A DNA stretch of 63,717 nucleotides, filler included, from Atractiella rhizophila (taxonomy: Eukaryota), in assembly GCA_021432655.1 (NCBI GenBank). It is 6 parts of 6 records of this genome, joined end to end, with 100 filler letters (N's around TTAATTAATTAA, not from the genome) between each part and the next. Parts side by side here need not be neighbours in the genome. Positions count along the whole stretch, not along the records: positions 34,902 to 48,675 come from MU271971.1; 5 more parts are not named here. One strand, 5' to 3'. Every line of letters begins with the position of its first letter. Within the stretch, counting starts at the first letter, position 1. This document shows positions 36,798 through 48,775 of the stretch, one piece after another. The position numbers and the translations under genes were made by a program. Under the pieces are notes generated by a model. It did no database searches. It saw only the letters and a list, made by a program, of their open reading frames with translations, and had not been told where the DNA came from.

Positions 36798-39507
36798 CTA
36801 CGACATCTGCCTTGGTTCCCAAAGTTTTCTTCCGCTCTCAGAGCGCCGCGGCGGATTGTCCACTTCGCAACCTAACTGGACCTGTTGTTGTTGTTGAAAC
36901 GTGTTGTAATACATCGGTAACGGAGGTGCAAAGTTTGGCATGGGCATGCCTACAGCGTTGGGTGCATGATTGTGTGGTTGGGGACCAAAGGGCTGATATA
37001 GGATGTTGGGTTCAGAATGGGGCTGCCTGCCATTCGAAGCCAGAGGAGGCAGATTGCCTGGCATCCGTCGTTTGCTTTCCTTCTTGGGGGGAAGGCTCGG
37101 CTCCTGCTCCACCCAACTAAGTCAAATCAGTCAGTTAGTCAGCACCAGTACCATCGTCAGGAAGGACATACGTTGGTTTGGCAGGGAGGAATGGTGGATT
37201 TGTTATGAGACTAGTTTCCTTTTCGTCCGCTCCTCCATTTTGAGTCGCAGAACTGTTGGTCTTCTCTTCCTTCATTGGCTTCACCTTTTTACGGGGGTAT
37301 TTAGAAGTGGCCCTCATTGGCAAAAGCTCAAGACCGCTTATCGACACCGAACTACTAGATCCTGAAATAGAAGAACCCCCTGGGCGATTAGATGAGGACG
37401 CCGTCCGAGAGGTGGACGACGAAGACACTGAAGCTGAGCTAGCAGGTCTGTGCGTATAAGGCAGATGATTGTCCGGTGGGCCGTTCATTATTGATGTCGC
37501 CACAGGAGGTCCAGAAAATCGCAACGGCAAACCTGAACTCGGGGCATGTGATGCAAATCCCTGGTTATGATTAGACAGAGTGGACACCGGGGACAGAGCG
37601 GGAGATTGGAAAGAGGACGTTGCTGCTGGAGTAGGCTGTAGCTCGTTCTGTTTCCCATGTAGAGGCTGAGAATGTGGGTAAATCGGGTGAGGGGAGATCA
37701 TTTGTGGTGGCTGAGGTCTTTCTGACTCTTGACGAGATCCCCCATCGTACAGAACAGCTTGAGCGTAAGGTCGATGTTCCCATTGCAATGCCGGAGCAGG
37801 GACAACCTGAGCCGTACGCTGAATCGGCATATGCTGTGGTTGCTGTTGCGACGGTTGGTGTTGAGGAGGAAATGTCTGTGGCGCAAACGGTATCATCTGT
37901 CCAGTCGTCGAATCCATATAGTAGGGCCCATATAGGTTGGGAGCTTGAGGAGAGCTTGACGATGGATGTGGAGGTGGCACTGGGGGGTAATGAGGAGGCG
38001 ATACGTCACGGTTGTAGCCCTGTGGTGGAGCGTGCTGATTATATTCCTGCGGCGCAGTATGGTGGTTGTAGTGTCGCAGAGGAGCAACACCTTGCACCTG
38101 TGGAGGAATGTGAGGAGGCGGATAAATCGGCTGCTGCTGCTGAGCCGCATATGGCATATGGTGATAAAAAGAGCTTGACCCGTATTGGAGACTAGGATCA
38201 AAGACCGGTGCTCCTGCCCGCAAAGTTGGTTGTTGATATAATGGGGTCGGAATAGCTGGCGGGGTTTTGAAGTACTTCTCCATCCCAGGTACATTCCCCG
38301 TCTTCACGCTGGACGTCGACGTTGTAGGAGAGCCACTGGCACTTCTTGTCGTCGTCATAGAGCTGTTGACGCTCGTAGTACTGGAGCCCTCCAGAACACT
38401 CCCGCTCCCACCGCTTGTCCTGCTCTTATCACTGCTGCTTGTCCTGCTGCTGGGGCGTTCTACTTCGGCAGCCAGCGAAGCCGTCAAAGAGTCGGAATCC
38501 TTGAAAATCCTATTCCTCGCTTCCCTATACGCTGCTTCCCGCTCTTCAAGCGTCAAGGCGGGTCGCGGTTTTCCAGCCGAGCTAGATCGCTCAGAGCCCT
38601 CTCCATTGTACATACTTTGCGGAGCGGATGCAGACGGGGACTGCTGAGCAGATTGACGTGACATGATTTTGAAGGTAGGAGCCTGATCGGTAATAGCAAG
38701 AGAAGTGGAGAAAGGGGATTCAGTCAATCTAGTTGATTCTTCCTTCTCCAACATGGATATCAGTGCAGATATTCGGAAGGCGGGGCTACACAAAACAATC
38801 AACCCAGTCCCTAATGTTTCAGCTGCGAAGTGAAAGCAGAACGTACATTGCCGTCTGTTCAGTTTTGATAAGCACGAGGTATGAATTCTTCTCGTTTACG
38901 GGACCCGTAACGCTACCGTCGAGGCGAGCCTCTAGCGAATCTTTCTCCCTTTTGATGCCGTAAGAATCAGCGAGACGATGGAGGAGGAGACGTTGGTAAG
39001 CATTCAAACTACCACCGAAGTGGGGAGGGGCAATAGGGAGTCGACTTTGACTGCGTTATATTCCGTGAACACAAGACAATCCAGAAAAGGGAGTTGAAAG
39101 TACCTTGCATCCAGAGTAAACCGTTCTAGCTCTGCGTCCACTTTTGAGAGGAATATCCTGTCTTTTTGTACTTCCAGAGCCCTAACGATTGTCTCGTCCA
39201 GTCCCGCATTTTCTGGCGCATGAGTCGCACCTTGCCCTTGGGTTTGCTGAGAGGAAATGTGGTCCTGACGCCGATCTGCTTCTGCTTCGTCTTTCCCATT
39301 TTCAGAAGGACTGGGAAAAGAAGCGGCAGCAGAAGTAGGTCTCCTTTGCAAGATCACACGTTGGACTTCGTGGCCGGAGGATGAGCCAGATGAAGTTCTA
39401 GGCGTGGTTGGGACGAGTTGGATGGAGGACGATATTGAGAGGGAAGTCATGGTTGGGGTGAGTACGTCGAATGGTGAGGAAGTTGCCGCCATTTCTGGCG
39501 ATCGCAT
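36798..39507 (-). CDS. R3H and SUZ domain RNA-binding protein (Rbs1/R3HDM-like) with a long Q/P/S-rich tail
   Basis: KDRIFLSKVDAELERF, MNAYQRLLLHRLADSYGI (R3H), FKIMSR ... LTLEEREAAYREARNRIF (SUZ). Confidence 0.9.
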
Positions 39508-39731
39508 TGAAGTGCAGGCTAGGGCTTTGTTGCGGAAAAGGTGTCAGGGCGCAGGGAGAGATGTTTGTTTGATGAGATGGTCGTTTTAACTCTGCGACCG
39601 TGTCTGTTCTGGAGTGTACGTACTGTCACGACAGCCACCAACGCAGAACGCGTCACCGTCGTATTTGCAGTTGCAGTAAACCAGCAGACCACGCTCATAC
39701 GTGCTTCTTTCACTCGACCTTTCACGGAGCC
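39508..39731. promoter_or_regulatory. Probable bidirectional promoter between the R3H-SUZ gene and RPN12
   Basis: Head-to-head start codons only ~225 bp apart; no specific motif identified. Confidence 0.5.
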
Positions 39732-40760
39732 ATGGCCTCCTCCATCAAGACCCTAAGATATAATCTGGCAAACGCGTTCAAGAAAGGAGATCCGAAAACG
39801 GGAGAACTGATTGCCAACTTGAAACTGCAGCTTGCGACAGCTGGGTCTTTGGACGGGAACGGAGAAAACAAGGAAGCAGCGAGGGATGTATTAGAGATTT
39901 CAGCTTTCTACTCTCTGCGGTCTAGATCAATTACCCTGTTCTCTCGCGCCTTGTCACAGCTCTCCCCGTTTTATAGTGCTTCATTTTCGTTGGTCTCTCT
40001 CATGGTTCGTTGTTGTGAGAGCTAACTGGTGATTTCAGGGAACTCGCACCGTCAGCTTCACAGGGACCCCTCATTTCACTGTCCCTCCTCCTCCTCCTTT
40101 CACAAAACCGCATTTCCCAATTCCACACGACCCTAGAGACACTACCTTCCGAAATGATGGAGAACAAGTATATCAGATGGGTCGTGGACCTGGAGCAACA
40201 GTTAGGCGCCGGAGCGTTTGCTAAAGCGTACCAGCAGGTATGTCTGTTTCTTTTCTACTACCCAGGATGGATTTTTACGCAACACAAATGCGAAGGCGAA
40301 GACTGGCTTGCCAACGTGTTCACCTGGAGAAAGCGGCTACGCTAACGCTAATGACTTTGCATGGCTATCTGCACAACTGATAGAAGGGATGAGGTCCGTC
40401 ACTTCCCTTTGCTGCCATTCATCTGCTAACTGATGTTGGGCACAAAGGACTGAAATCGCTTCTTGCGCTTCTCGTGCATATGCATCGAAAACACTGTCAC
40501 TCAACTCAGCTTCTACTCTCCTATTCTTCTCCGCCAAAGAGAAAGGGGAAGCGATGGAGTTCAGCCGTCGGGTTCGTCCTTGTCCTCTAGGTCTGTGATG
40601 TGCGCCTGATTGGGGATAGAATGATTGGGAAATCGATCCATCTACCGGCTTAATTGCATTTGCGGGGGATGGTGAAGAGGAGAAGGACAGAGAAGAAGAG
40701 AAGGACAAGGTAGCGATTCACGCGTTAGAGTACGCCAAGGAGCTGGAAAGCATCATTTGA
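39732..40760 (+). CDS. RPN12: 26S proteasome lid subunit Rpn12 (PSMD8)
   Basis: AARDVLEISAFYS, SQLSPFY, LLLLLSQNRISQFHTTLE, YIRWVVDLEQQL, R|TEIASCASRAY, ALEYAKELESII*. Confidence 0.9.
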
Positions 40761-42332
40761 AGTTCTGCAGATACGTCCAAGGTAATCGCATCGCGCGAAA
40801 TGCAGGACCGCGAAACCTCAGGGTAGGAGTGGAACATGTCAGGCTACCACCCACTTGCAGAGGCAGATCTATCTCGTACTTCTGGTAGTGCCATGCGGAT
40901 TGCGATCTATCGCTACAGGTCTGGCGTTTGCCACCTGCCTGCCCATACCAGATGATCTGCCATCATCCAAAATTGTTCTGCCCCATGGCTCCATCAGAAT
41001 TCAACAGCACATTGACTCCCAGTTATGAAGTTCAAAGAGAAACTAACGACTGTTCTCACCAGAGGAAATGAGCTGTTTGCTGCTCAAGAGTTAAATTATG
41101 TTGTAGCATTGCGACAGCTTTGCCCGCAGCTTCGAAATTTAGACCGGAGGTATTGTTCCCGTTGCCGTTGTGTTCCTTACACCATCCTTCTCCTCTGTAT
41201 TGTGTACCCACCCCGAGCGGTCTTTATGGGGATGGAGCAAGAATCACTTCTTCCGCGCTTATATTCTGAAGGTCAGCTTGGAAAGCTGGATTTTACTATT
41301 CAGAATTCCCCATCTGCTTGTTGAATATTTTAGGTTGCATACTAAATTATCTAATTCAGTTATCCTATGGCTGCATGCTTCAGCTGTCATAGACTTAAAC
41401 ATTGCTCATGAATATTTGAATATTCTGCTGCTGTGAACCTGGATGGTTTGGCTCTTTAAGTGTATAGGCATCAACCACCCTGTCAAACTCCTTTCCGTTG
41501 TTTGTTGACATTTCCCAACCTTTTATATAACATTTCCAGTGCTGGAATATGCAAGAAACACCAAAAATTTTGGATTTTATACTTTTTACTGTCCGTTTGA
41601 AACAAACATTGAACACATCAGGACTTTGCTTTTTCAAAAACTTCCAAGTTTGTCCACTGCAGATAAGACGTGTTAGGATTGTTCCACAGTCAGCCACTCC
41701 TCCCACACTGATCATCAGGGCCCTGGGTGCCTTGTTCAAGGACCCAGCTGATACCATCCACCTCCTCTCCATACTTAACTGATCCCTCCCAAGAGCTCAA
41801 GCCTGTGGAATCTCCTGACCCTTTTCACAATGTTGTTGTGTGGAACTACAATTGATAGAGTTTCAAGGAAGGTTATATAGATTACATAAAGCCCAAATGG
41901 CTACAGGCCCAGAAAATGTGAACAGGAGGAAAAGAAGAAGCTTCTTGTCTACAGGTAAAGGGCAAACGCATGCAGGCTAATACAATGTGTCCCCAGCTCA
42001 ATGCAGAAGCACAATACAAATGCATGCAGCTGTCTGGTTGAACACTTGTAGCTTGATATGACTAGACACAGATGGGTGGGCAGCTAAGGGCAGGTTGGTA
42101 AGTGCTTTTGGATAGAAAGGATAGGGATAGCTGGGACAGACAGGTGTAAATCATCTAATTTCAGACGGCGACAGCTAAGTTCAGTTGCACTGCAACTGGA
42201 TGCAGACATAATGAGACTCGGTCATCTCTTTCTAAATCCAGATGGAGCCTCAATTTCTCCCAATTGCCCAGCCAACCAGATCACCCTGTCCAGTCATACT
42301 GAGAATCTGGATTCAGAATTATGGGGCATAGC

Positions 42333-42470
42333 TGTAAGGATCTAAGGCTAGGAGTAGTTGGTGGTCAATAATGAGCACCAACACTCCTAGGCAGAACTAA
42401 ACTACAGGCAAGCGATAACTTATAAGAGTCATAAGAGGCAGATGACCAAAACAAAACAGTACAACCAACA
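42333..42470 (-). mobile_element. LTR family B copy (138 bp, TG...CA) showing the empty site for the nested LTR seen at 47174
   Basis: TGTAAGGATCTAAGGCTAGGAG ... GATGACCAAAAC ... AACA matches both arms of 47049-47418. Flanks differ, so no TSD. Confidence 0.85.
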
Positions 42471-42970
42471 AAGTACATATTGAGGTATGGCAAGCAGGAA
42501 GAGGTGAAGGAAGCCAAAGTCAAAGGTCAGAATTCGCTGGAGAGACCAGTTATGCAGAAGATGATGCCATTAGTTGCCAGAAAGCTGGGACTGACTGGCT
42601 TATCGATACAGGAGCAACTTTATCAATGACTCCGCACCAGCACTTCAAATCCTATTGAAAACATGTTGTACCTGTCAGAGTTGCTAATCGAAAAAGTGAT
42701 CTGGTCAACTGCAATTGAGGAGGCGGTAATCGAGGCAAAATTGAAGGATGGAAAGTTAAAGAAGGTCACCATTCACAATGTCCTACATGTTCCCAAGCTC
42801 TGTATCAATCTGCTATCAGTTTGTAAGCTTACTACTATCTTCGAAGGTTGTGACTGTGACCATCATTAGGAGCAGAGTACGATTCCTTAAGGCCAGAAAT
42901 ATCTGCTTTACAGCAACAGTTGAACATAGGAGAGGAGCATGAATGCCATCATCAATGGAAGAATACTCAC
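42471..42970 (+). pseudogene. Decayed copia gag/protease fragment homologous to ~45465-45970
   Basis: GGAAGAGGTGAAGGAAGCCAAAGTC, WLIDTGAT, VLHVPKLCINLLSV; stops and CpG transitions relative to the intact copy. Confidence 0.9.
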
Positions 42971-43379
42971 CTAGCTAGACCACCCCTTTTTCAGCATCAT
43001 CCTGCAACCATAGCCATCCCTCATACAATGATTGTCTCTAAGCCTAACTTGAAATATTTCACCATCCATTATCTTTTGAATTCTGGGTCAAATGCTACAT
43101 AATCAAATTTTATCCAAATGAAGTGCTGCAGCCTTATCCCTCTATGACCAGAAGCATTTCAACCCAAGCCCATACCATGATGGATATGACCTTGACAGAT
43201 TCATCCATGTGTTTCAACACAGGCGGTTGATGTGAGTGGTTGTGAGGATAGAGGCGATTCACTTAGCACGAACAAGACAGTGAGCACAGCTGTTGCCATG
43301 GCTGCCTTGTGATGGTAATGGTAGGTGGCAAGAGCAGAAGACATGACAAGGACACGGAAACTGCCAAGCAAACACACTA

Positions 43380-43536
43380 TGTAACGATTAGTGAGAATAA
43401 GCAGCAAGGCAAGGGAGGGAGCACATACACCACTAGGATGAGGAAAGGTGTCAAACATAACAAGCTGAAAAGGGGGACATATAAAGAAAGAGCAGAAGCT
43501 GTTGCAAGGGAAATATAGAAATTAGTCAAGGTTACA
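43380..43536. mobile_element. Possible short LTR (157 bp)
   Basis: Perfect terminal inverted TGTAAC...GTTACA and an internal ATATAAA, but no TSD found. Confidence 0.3.
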
Positions 43537-44119
43537 ATAAATGGATACAGAAAATTAAGAGTGCTATTCCACCCAGTGCAGTCTGAGTGGCAGCAGTGTT
43601 GTAAAGTGGCGGAACTGAGGCGGTTGGAGATATAACATCACATCCAAACAACCATGAACCAACAAGGTGGAAACGATAAACTCAACAATTTCTCAGCTAC
43701 TGCCTTTCCTACATGTGTCAAACTTCTTCTGTTGCTTTAGGATATGAGGAGTCAGTTTCAGGATGGGTTTTCCACTTTGAACATACTTTTTATTCCAGGT
43801 CACTGAATTCTCACTTTTGGGAAATAGTTTTTTCAACACATTTTTTAAACAATTTTAAGTATTTCGACTTCAGTTTCGACTTCTACCGGGAGAGGAATAA
43901 TCCTTATGTTTTGTGGGAATGCTTTTTGTTGGTTATTGAAGGTGAAATTGGGCAAACAAAGTGTGTCTGTCGGTCCTAAATCAGTGAAGGGATGGTAACA
44001 TGGAGACTTGGATGGAGCATTATATTTTCAAGTGTCACATAGATTCACTGTGTTAAACAACATTGAATCCCAGGAGATCTGTTCTGCTGCCAAAAAGGAG
44101 CCACTTTCCGATGCGGAGC

Positions 44120-44316
44120 TTGGAACGATTCAGGAGACTATGGTCGCCATGTTTGGAGAATCTGGACTTCCACTCTTTCTCTGGCCATCTATTGCTTCAG
44201 CGGTCGTCCACATTCGCAACAGATCCCCCTCAGCTTCGATCAACCATGCTATTCCCCACACGAAACTCACTGGACTTACTCCAACCATCTCAAGATTCAG
44301 AATCATTGGAAGCACT
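44120..44316 (+). pseudogene. Copia integrase fragment from a related older element, serving as the insertion target
   Basis: TIQETMVAMFGESGLPLFLWPSIASAVVHIRNRSPS ... SRFRIIGST parallels 46537-46728 and stops exactly at the LTR start. Confidence 0.85.
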
Positions 44317-44487
44317 TGTTGGATTAGGTGTTATATTTTATTTTGTGGTCTTGTGTTGTGTGGTCAGCCACCTTTGTTGTGTTTGCTTCATTTTGGAGTT
44401 TTAGCCCCCTAGGGGACAGTTTAGGCGGTCATCATCTTTGACCACCAATCTCTGTCCCCTAGCTCCATCCAGCATCAGATTCTCTCA

Positions 44488-44500
44488 TGGTAGCGAGAGC
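44488..44500 (+). promoter_or_regulatory. Primer-binding site, probably for tRNA-iMet
   Basis: TGGTAGCG directly after the LTR's CA; shares its first 8 nt with the yeast Ty1 iMet PBS. Confidence 0.7.
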
Positions 44501-46769
44501 TGTTAGGGATTGACATATCAGTTTTGCCACCCACTTGGCTGAAAATTTTGATCACTCAGCCATCCGTTGTCCAATCGGTTTGAAACTTTGGATCATAAAC
44601 AAGACCCCCTTACGCCTATATCCACCCATTTCTACGAAGATTGGACGATCCAAACTCGAATTTTATCACCATGGCTGAAGAAAGTAAAATTTTGATTACC
44701 GCCCTTGGAGAGAAGAACCATGGCACCTGGTGCATTAATATGCAGGTGGAATTGATGAGAAAGGGGTTATGGGAGATAGTCTCTGGAGTGGAGACAAAAC
44801 CAGAAGATTTGAAGGAGCAAAAACAGTGGCAAAAGGACAGCTCCAAAGCGGCTGGGATCCTGTTCCTTAGCCTAGAAGCGACCCAGAAAGCTCTTGTCGT
44901 CTCTGTCCTTCAAGATCCAGTCAAGATCTGGTCTACCCTTCAAGAAATTCACCAACAGAAGCGCTCCTCAACTCGTTTCACTGCCCTCAACACCCTCCTT
45001 GCCCTCCAGAAGAAGGAAAGCGAATCCCTCATCACCCTGTGTGCCAGAAGCGACCAGCTACTCCTGGACTTCACCAACACACTGTCCAAGGACTACTCCC
45101 TTGATGATTTGAAGGAAGATCTTCAATCCTTCGCCCTCATTCGTTCCTTAGGCCCAGAATACACCAGTTTCGTCCAGAACATAACCCTGATGACATCCAC
45201 TGACCTCCAATCGATCAAACAAGCATTCTACTCCATCCAAGCCACCAAGAACTCGGAGGAAGCCATCTCCAACACTCAAATGGCAAATCAGGTGTCCAGC
45301 AGCAACAGAGGACGAGGAGGATGGCATCCCAGAGGTGGCAGAGGTGGTGGAAGAGGAGGAACTCGAGATTTTTCACAATCTGTGTGCAACTGCTGCCACA
45401 GAAAAGGCCATTTCATCTCCCACTGCCCAGAAACTGCTTCTGGACGCAATAGGATCGAGTTGGAGAAGTACAGATCGAAGTATGGCAAGCTGGAAGAGGT
45501 GAAGGAAGCCAAAGTCGAAGGGCGAAAGCCAGAATTCGCTGGAGAGACAAGTGATGCAGCGGTAGATGATACCATTAGTCGCCAGAAAGCTGGGACTGAC
45601 TGGATTATCGATACAGGAGCAACTTCATCAATGACTCCACATTCCCACTTCTTCAAATCCTATCAAAAACACGTTGTACCCATCAGAGTTGCGAATGGAG
45701 AAGTGATCTGGTCAACTGGGATTGGAGAGGTGGTAATTGAGGCAAAATTGGAGGATAAAAAATCGAAAAAGGTCACCATTCAAGATGTCCTACACGTTCC
45801 CAAGCTTTGTAACAATCTGCTATCGGTTTTCAAACTTACTATCTTCGAAGGAGTGACTGTGACCATCATTGGGAGCAGAGTACGCTTCCTCAAGGCCGGA
45901 AATCCCTGTTTCACAGCGACAGTTGATCACAGGAGAGGAAGCATGAGTGCCATCATTGATGGAAGAACACTCATGGCCTCAGAATTCCTTGCACACGCCT
46001 CCACTACCCCTCTAAACGCTTCCCTGTGGCATAGAAGACTTGCCCACTTGAATCATGAAGATATAAAGCTAATGCTGAAGACAAAACTTGTGAAGGGAAT
46101 GATTCTGGACTCAGACGACGCTCCTGACCCCATCTGTGAGCCCTGCATCGCTGGGAAGGAGCACAGGATCTACAACAAGGCTGCAGAGAATAGGGAGACG
46201 GAAATTTTAGGGAGAATCAGCTCAGATCTTCATGGACCACTCCCAGTTGCTTCAAGAGAAGGATTTCGCTATTGGGTGACGTTTATAGACGAGGCAACAA
46301 ACCATTGGACAATTGCTTTCCTCAGGAAAAAGTCAGAGGCACCTCAACGCTTTAAGGAATATAAGGAAATGATGGAGAACCTAACTGGGAAGAAGATCAA
46401 GCGGTTCAGAGAAGACAAAGAAGGAGCCTATTCCTCAACGGATTCTGATGAATATCTGCGAAACTGTGGCATCCAGCGCGAGCAAACGATTAGGAACTCT
46501 CCCCATCAAAATGGGAGAGCAGAGAGAGCAAATAGGACGATTCAGGAGGGTATGGTGGCGATACTGGAGGAATCTGGTTTGCCACTATTCCTCTGGCCTC
46601 ATCTTGCTTCGGCTGTCGTTCATATCAGAAACAGATCCCCTTCTTCCTCCATCAACCACTCCATTCCCCACACGAAATTGACAGGACAACTAGTCGATAT
46701 TTCACGTTTCAGAGTCCTAGGCTCCACTGCCTATGTCCAAGTTCAGAAGGACGAAAGAAGCCACAGTCT

Positions 46770-46849
46770 TGTTGAACCTTGGGTATAAACGGTTAATGTG
46801 CACTGTTGGGAATGACTGGTCATTTTAGTGCAATTGGCTAAATCCAGCA
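46770..46849. mobile_element. 80-bp solo-LTR-like insertion with 5-bp TSD
   Basis: TGTTG...CAGCA flanked by AGTCT (46765-46769 and 46850-46854); excision restores HSLASHTRRCAFIGY. Confidence 0.9.
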
Positions 46850-47048
46850 AGTCTGGCATCCCATACACGCAGATGTGCCTTTATAGGTTACTCTACCAAC
46901 GCTAAAGGCTGGGATTTCTGGGATCCAGTCACTAAGAAGGTCTACACTCGAGATATTGCAAAATTTGATGAGAGGGAGATGCTTTACAAAGTCAGGAGGA
47001 AGGAAAATGCGTTGGAACCGCCTCAGGGACCACTGGACGAGTGGAAAG

Positions 47049-47418
47049 TGTAAGGATCTAAGGCTAGGAGTGGTTGGTGGTCAATAATGAGCACATTAGA
47101 GAAGTATAGAGAGACATACCTAGGAGTGGTTGGTGGTCAATAATGAGCACCAACACTCCTAGGCAGAACTAAATGAGAGGAATAGACGCTGGATGGAGCT
47201 AGGGGACAGGAGTTGGTGGTCAAAGATGATGACCACCAAGACTGCCCCCTAGGGAGAAAAACTACGAAGTGAGTAAACACAGCAAGGGTGGCTGACCACA
47301 CAAAGACAACACCATGAAATTTAACAGCTAATCCGGCACTGAACTACATAGTGATGACTCATACGAGTCATAAGAGTCATAAGAGGCAGATGACCAAAAC
47401 AACACACTACAACTAACA
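47049..47418 (-). mobile_element. Solo LTR family B with 5-bp TSD, containing a nested family A LTR
   Basis: TG...CA flanked by GAAAG (47044-47048 and 47419-47423); excision restores EWK-ERQDQVGE. Confidence 0.92.
47174..47338 (-). mobile_element. Nested solo LTR family A (165 bp)
   Basis: Reverse complement of 44317-44487; flanked by CTAAA/CTGAA, which is a single CTAAA in the 42333 copy. Confidence 0.88.
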
Positions 47419-48775
47419 GAAAGAACGTCAGGATCAGGTGGGAGAAGGAACGAGAGATGCTCCTGGCGTACTTTTGGATTTTGGTGAAGATGAAGAGGAG
47501 GAGGACGTTTTGAAAGATGAGGGAGAGCGGGGGAGACTTAGGGTGGAGTCCCCAAATCGTTTTGAAGGATTAAGGGATGAAGGAGAAGATCAGGAAGTGG
47601 AGGAAGAGAGGGAAGAATCACCAGACAGGCCACAGGCTGCTCCAGAGCGGCCAGTAACACCCCCACTACATCTTGTTCCTCAGAGAGACCCTTGGACTGG
47701 ACTAATGATGGTGGGAAGACAGACAGAATCGCCTGATCCTCTCAAAATGACGCCCCCTCAAGCTATCCCTGCCCCTGCAGCTCCTCCACCAATCGAAAGA
47801 CGATATCCTGAACGGCAGAGGAGACCACCAGTCGAGTTCTGGAAGGCACCCAAGCTGCCCCAACCACAGGAGGAGAGCTCTGAGGACGAGTTGGCAACGC
47901 TGGCTAAGGATTGTTGGATTATTACAGAGCCTGAAGCGTTGGAGTGTGGTTTTATGGAGGTTACTGAGCATGCCATGGCTGTAGGAACGCAGGAACACAT
48001 CCCCAAGACGTATGCAGAAGCCATGAAGACTCCAGAGGCGAAACACTGGCATGAGGCGACGGTCAAGGAGGTTCAAGCCCACTTGGACAACAAGAGTTGG
48101 GTGCTAGTAAAGCCACCAAAGGGAGCAAAAGTCATTGGATCCAGATGGGTGTTTGCTATCAAGAAGAAGTCTGATGGCTCAATTGAGCGTTATAAGGCTA
48201 GATTCGTCATAAAGGGCTTCTCCCAACGTCCTGGCTTCGACTTCTTCGACACCTTTGCATCCACAGTCAAATGGGCCACCCTCAGAACCATCCTTTCGCT
48301 TGCCTGTGTCCTGGACATGGAGCTGGAGTCAGTGGACATCTCAACCGCCTTCTTGAACGGAGAAATGGATGCTGAAGTCTATGCCAAGCAGCCAGAAGGT
48401 CATCCTCAAGGTCCCCCAGAATACGCTCTCAAACTCCTCAAAGCGATCTATGGCACCAGGCAAGGAGGACGTCAATGGCAGAAGAAACTGGACAAGGAAC
48501 TCGTGTCCATGGGCTTCACCAAAGTCAAGTGGGACAGCAGTCTCTGGATCTACTCAAATGGCAAAGTCAAGGTGATTGTCCCAGTCTTTGTGGACGATAT
48601 AACGATTGCTAGCACGTCCAAAAGCGCTGTGGAGGAGTTCAAGAAGGAGTTAAGCAAGAGATTCAAGCTGAGGGANNNNNNNNNNNNNNNNNNNNNNNNN
48701 NNNNNNNNNNNNNNNNNNNTTAATTAATTAANNNNNNNNNNNNNNNNNNNNNNNNNNNNNNNNNNNNNNNNNNNN

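Larger units (their letters stand above)
44317..48675 (+). mobile_element. Ty1/copia LTR retrotransposon: 5' LTR (family A, 44317-44487), PBS, gag-pol; 3' part lost at contig end
   Basis: LTR TGTTGG...CTCTCA is followed immediately by TGGTAGCGAGAGC. Domain order is gag, zinc knuckle, protease, integrase, RT. Confidence 0.95.
44671..48675 (+). pseudogene. Copia gag-pol polyprotein, interrupted by two insertions
   Basis: CNCCHRKGHFISHC, WIIDTGATSSMT, LWHRRLAH, CEPC, SDLHGP, FIDEAT, PHQNGRAERANR, CAFIGY (SH3), RYKARFVIKGFSQ, DISTAFLNG, LLKAIYG, FVDDI. Removing 46770-46854 and 47049-47423 gives one open frame. Confidence 0.93.
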
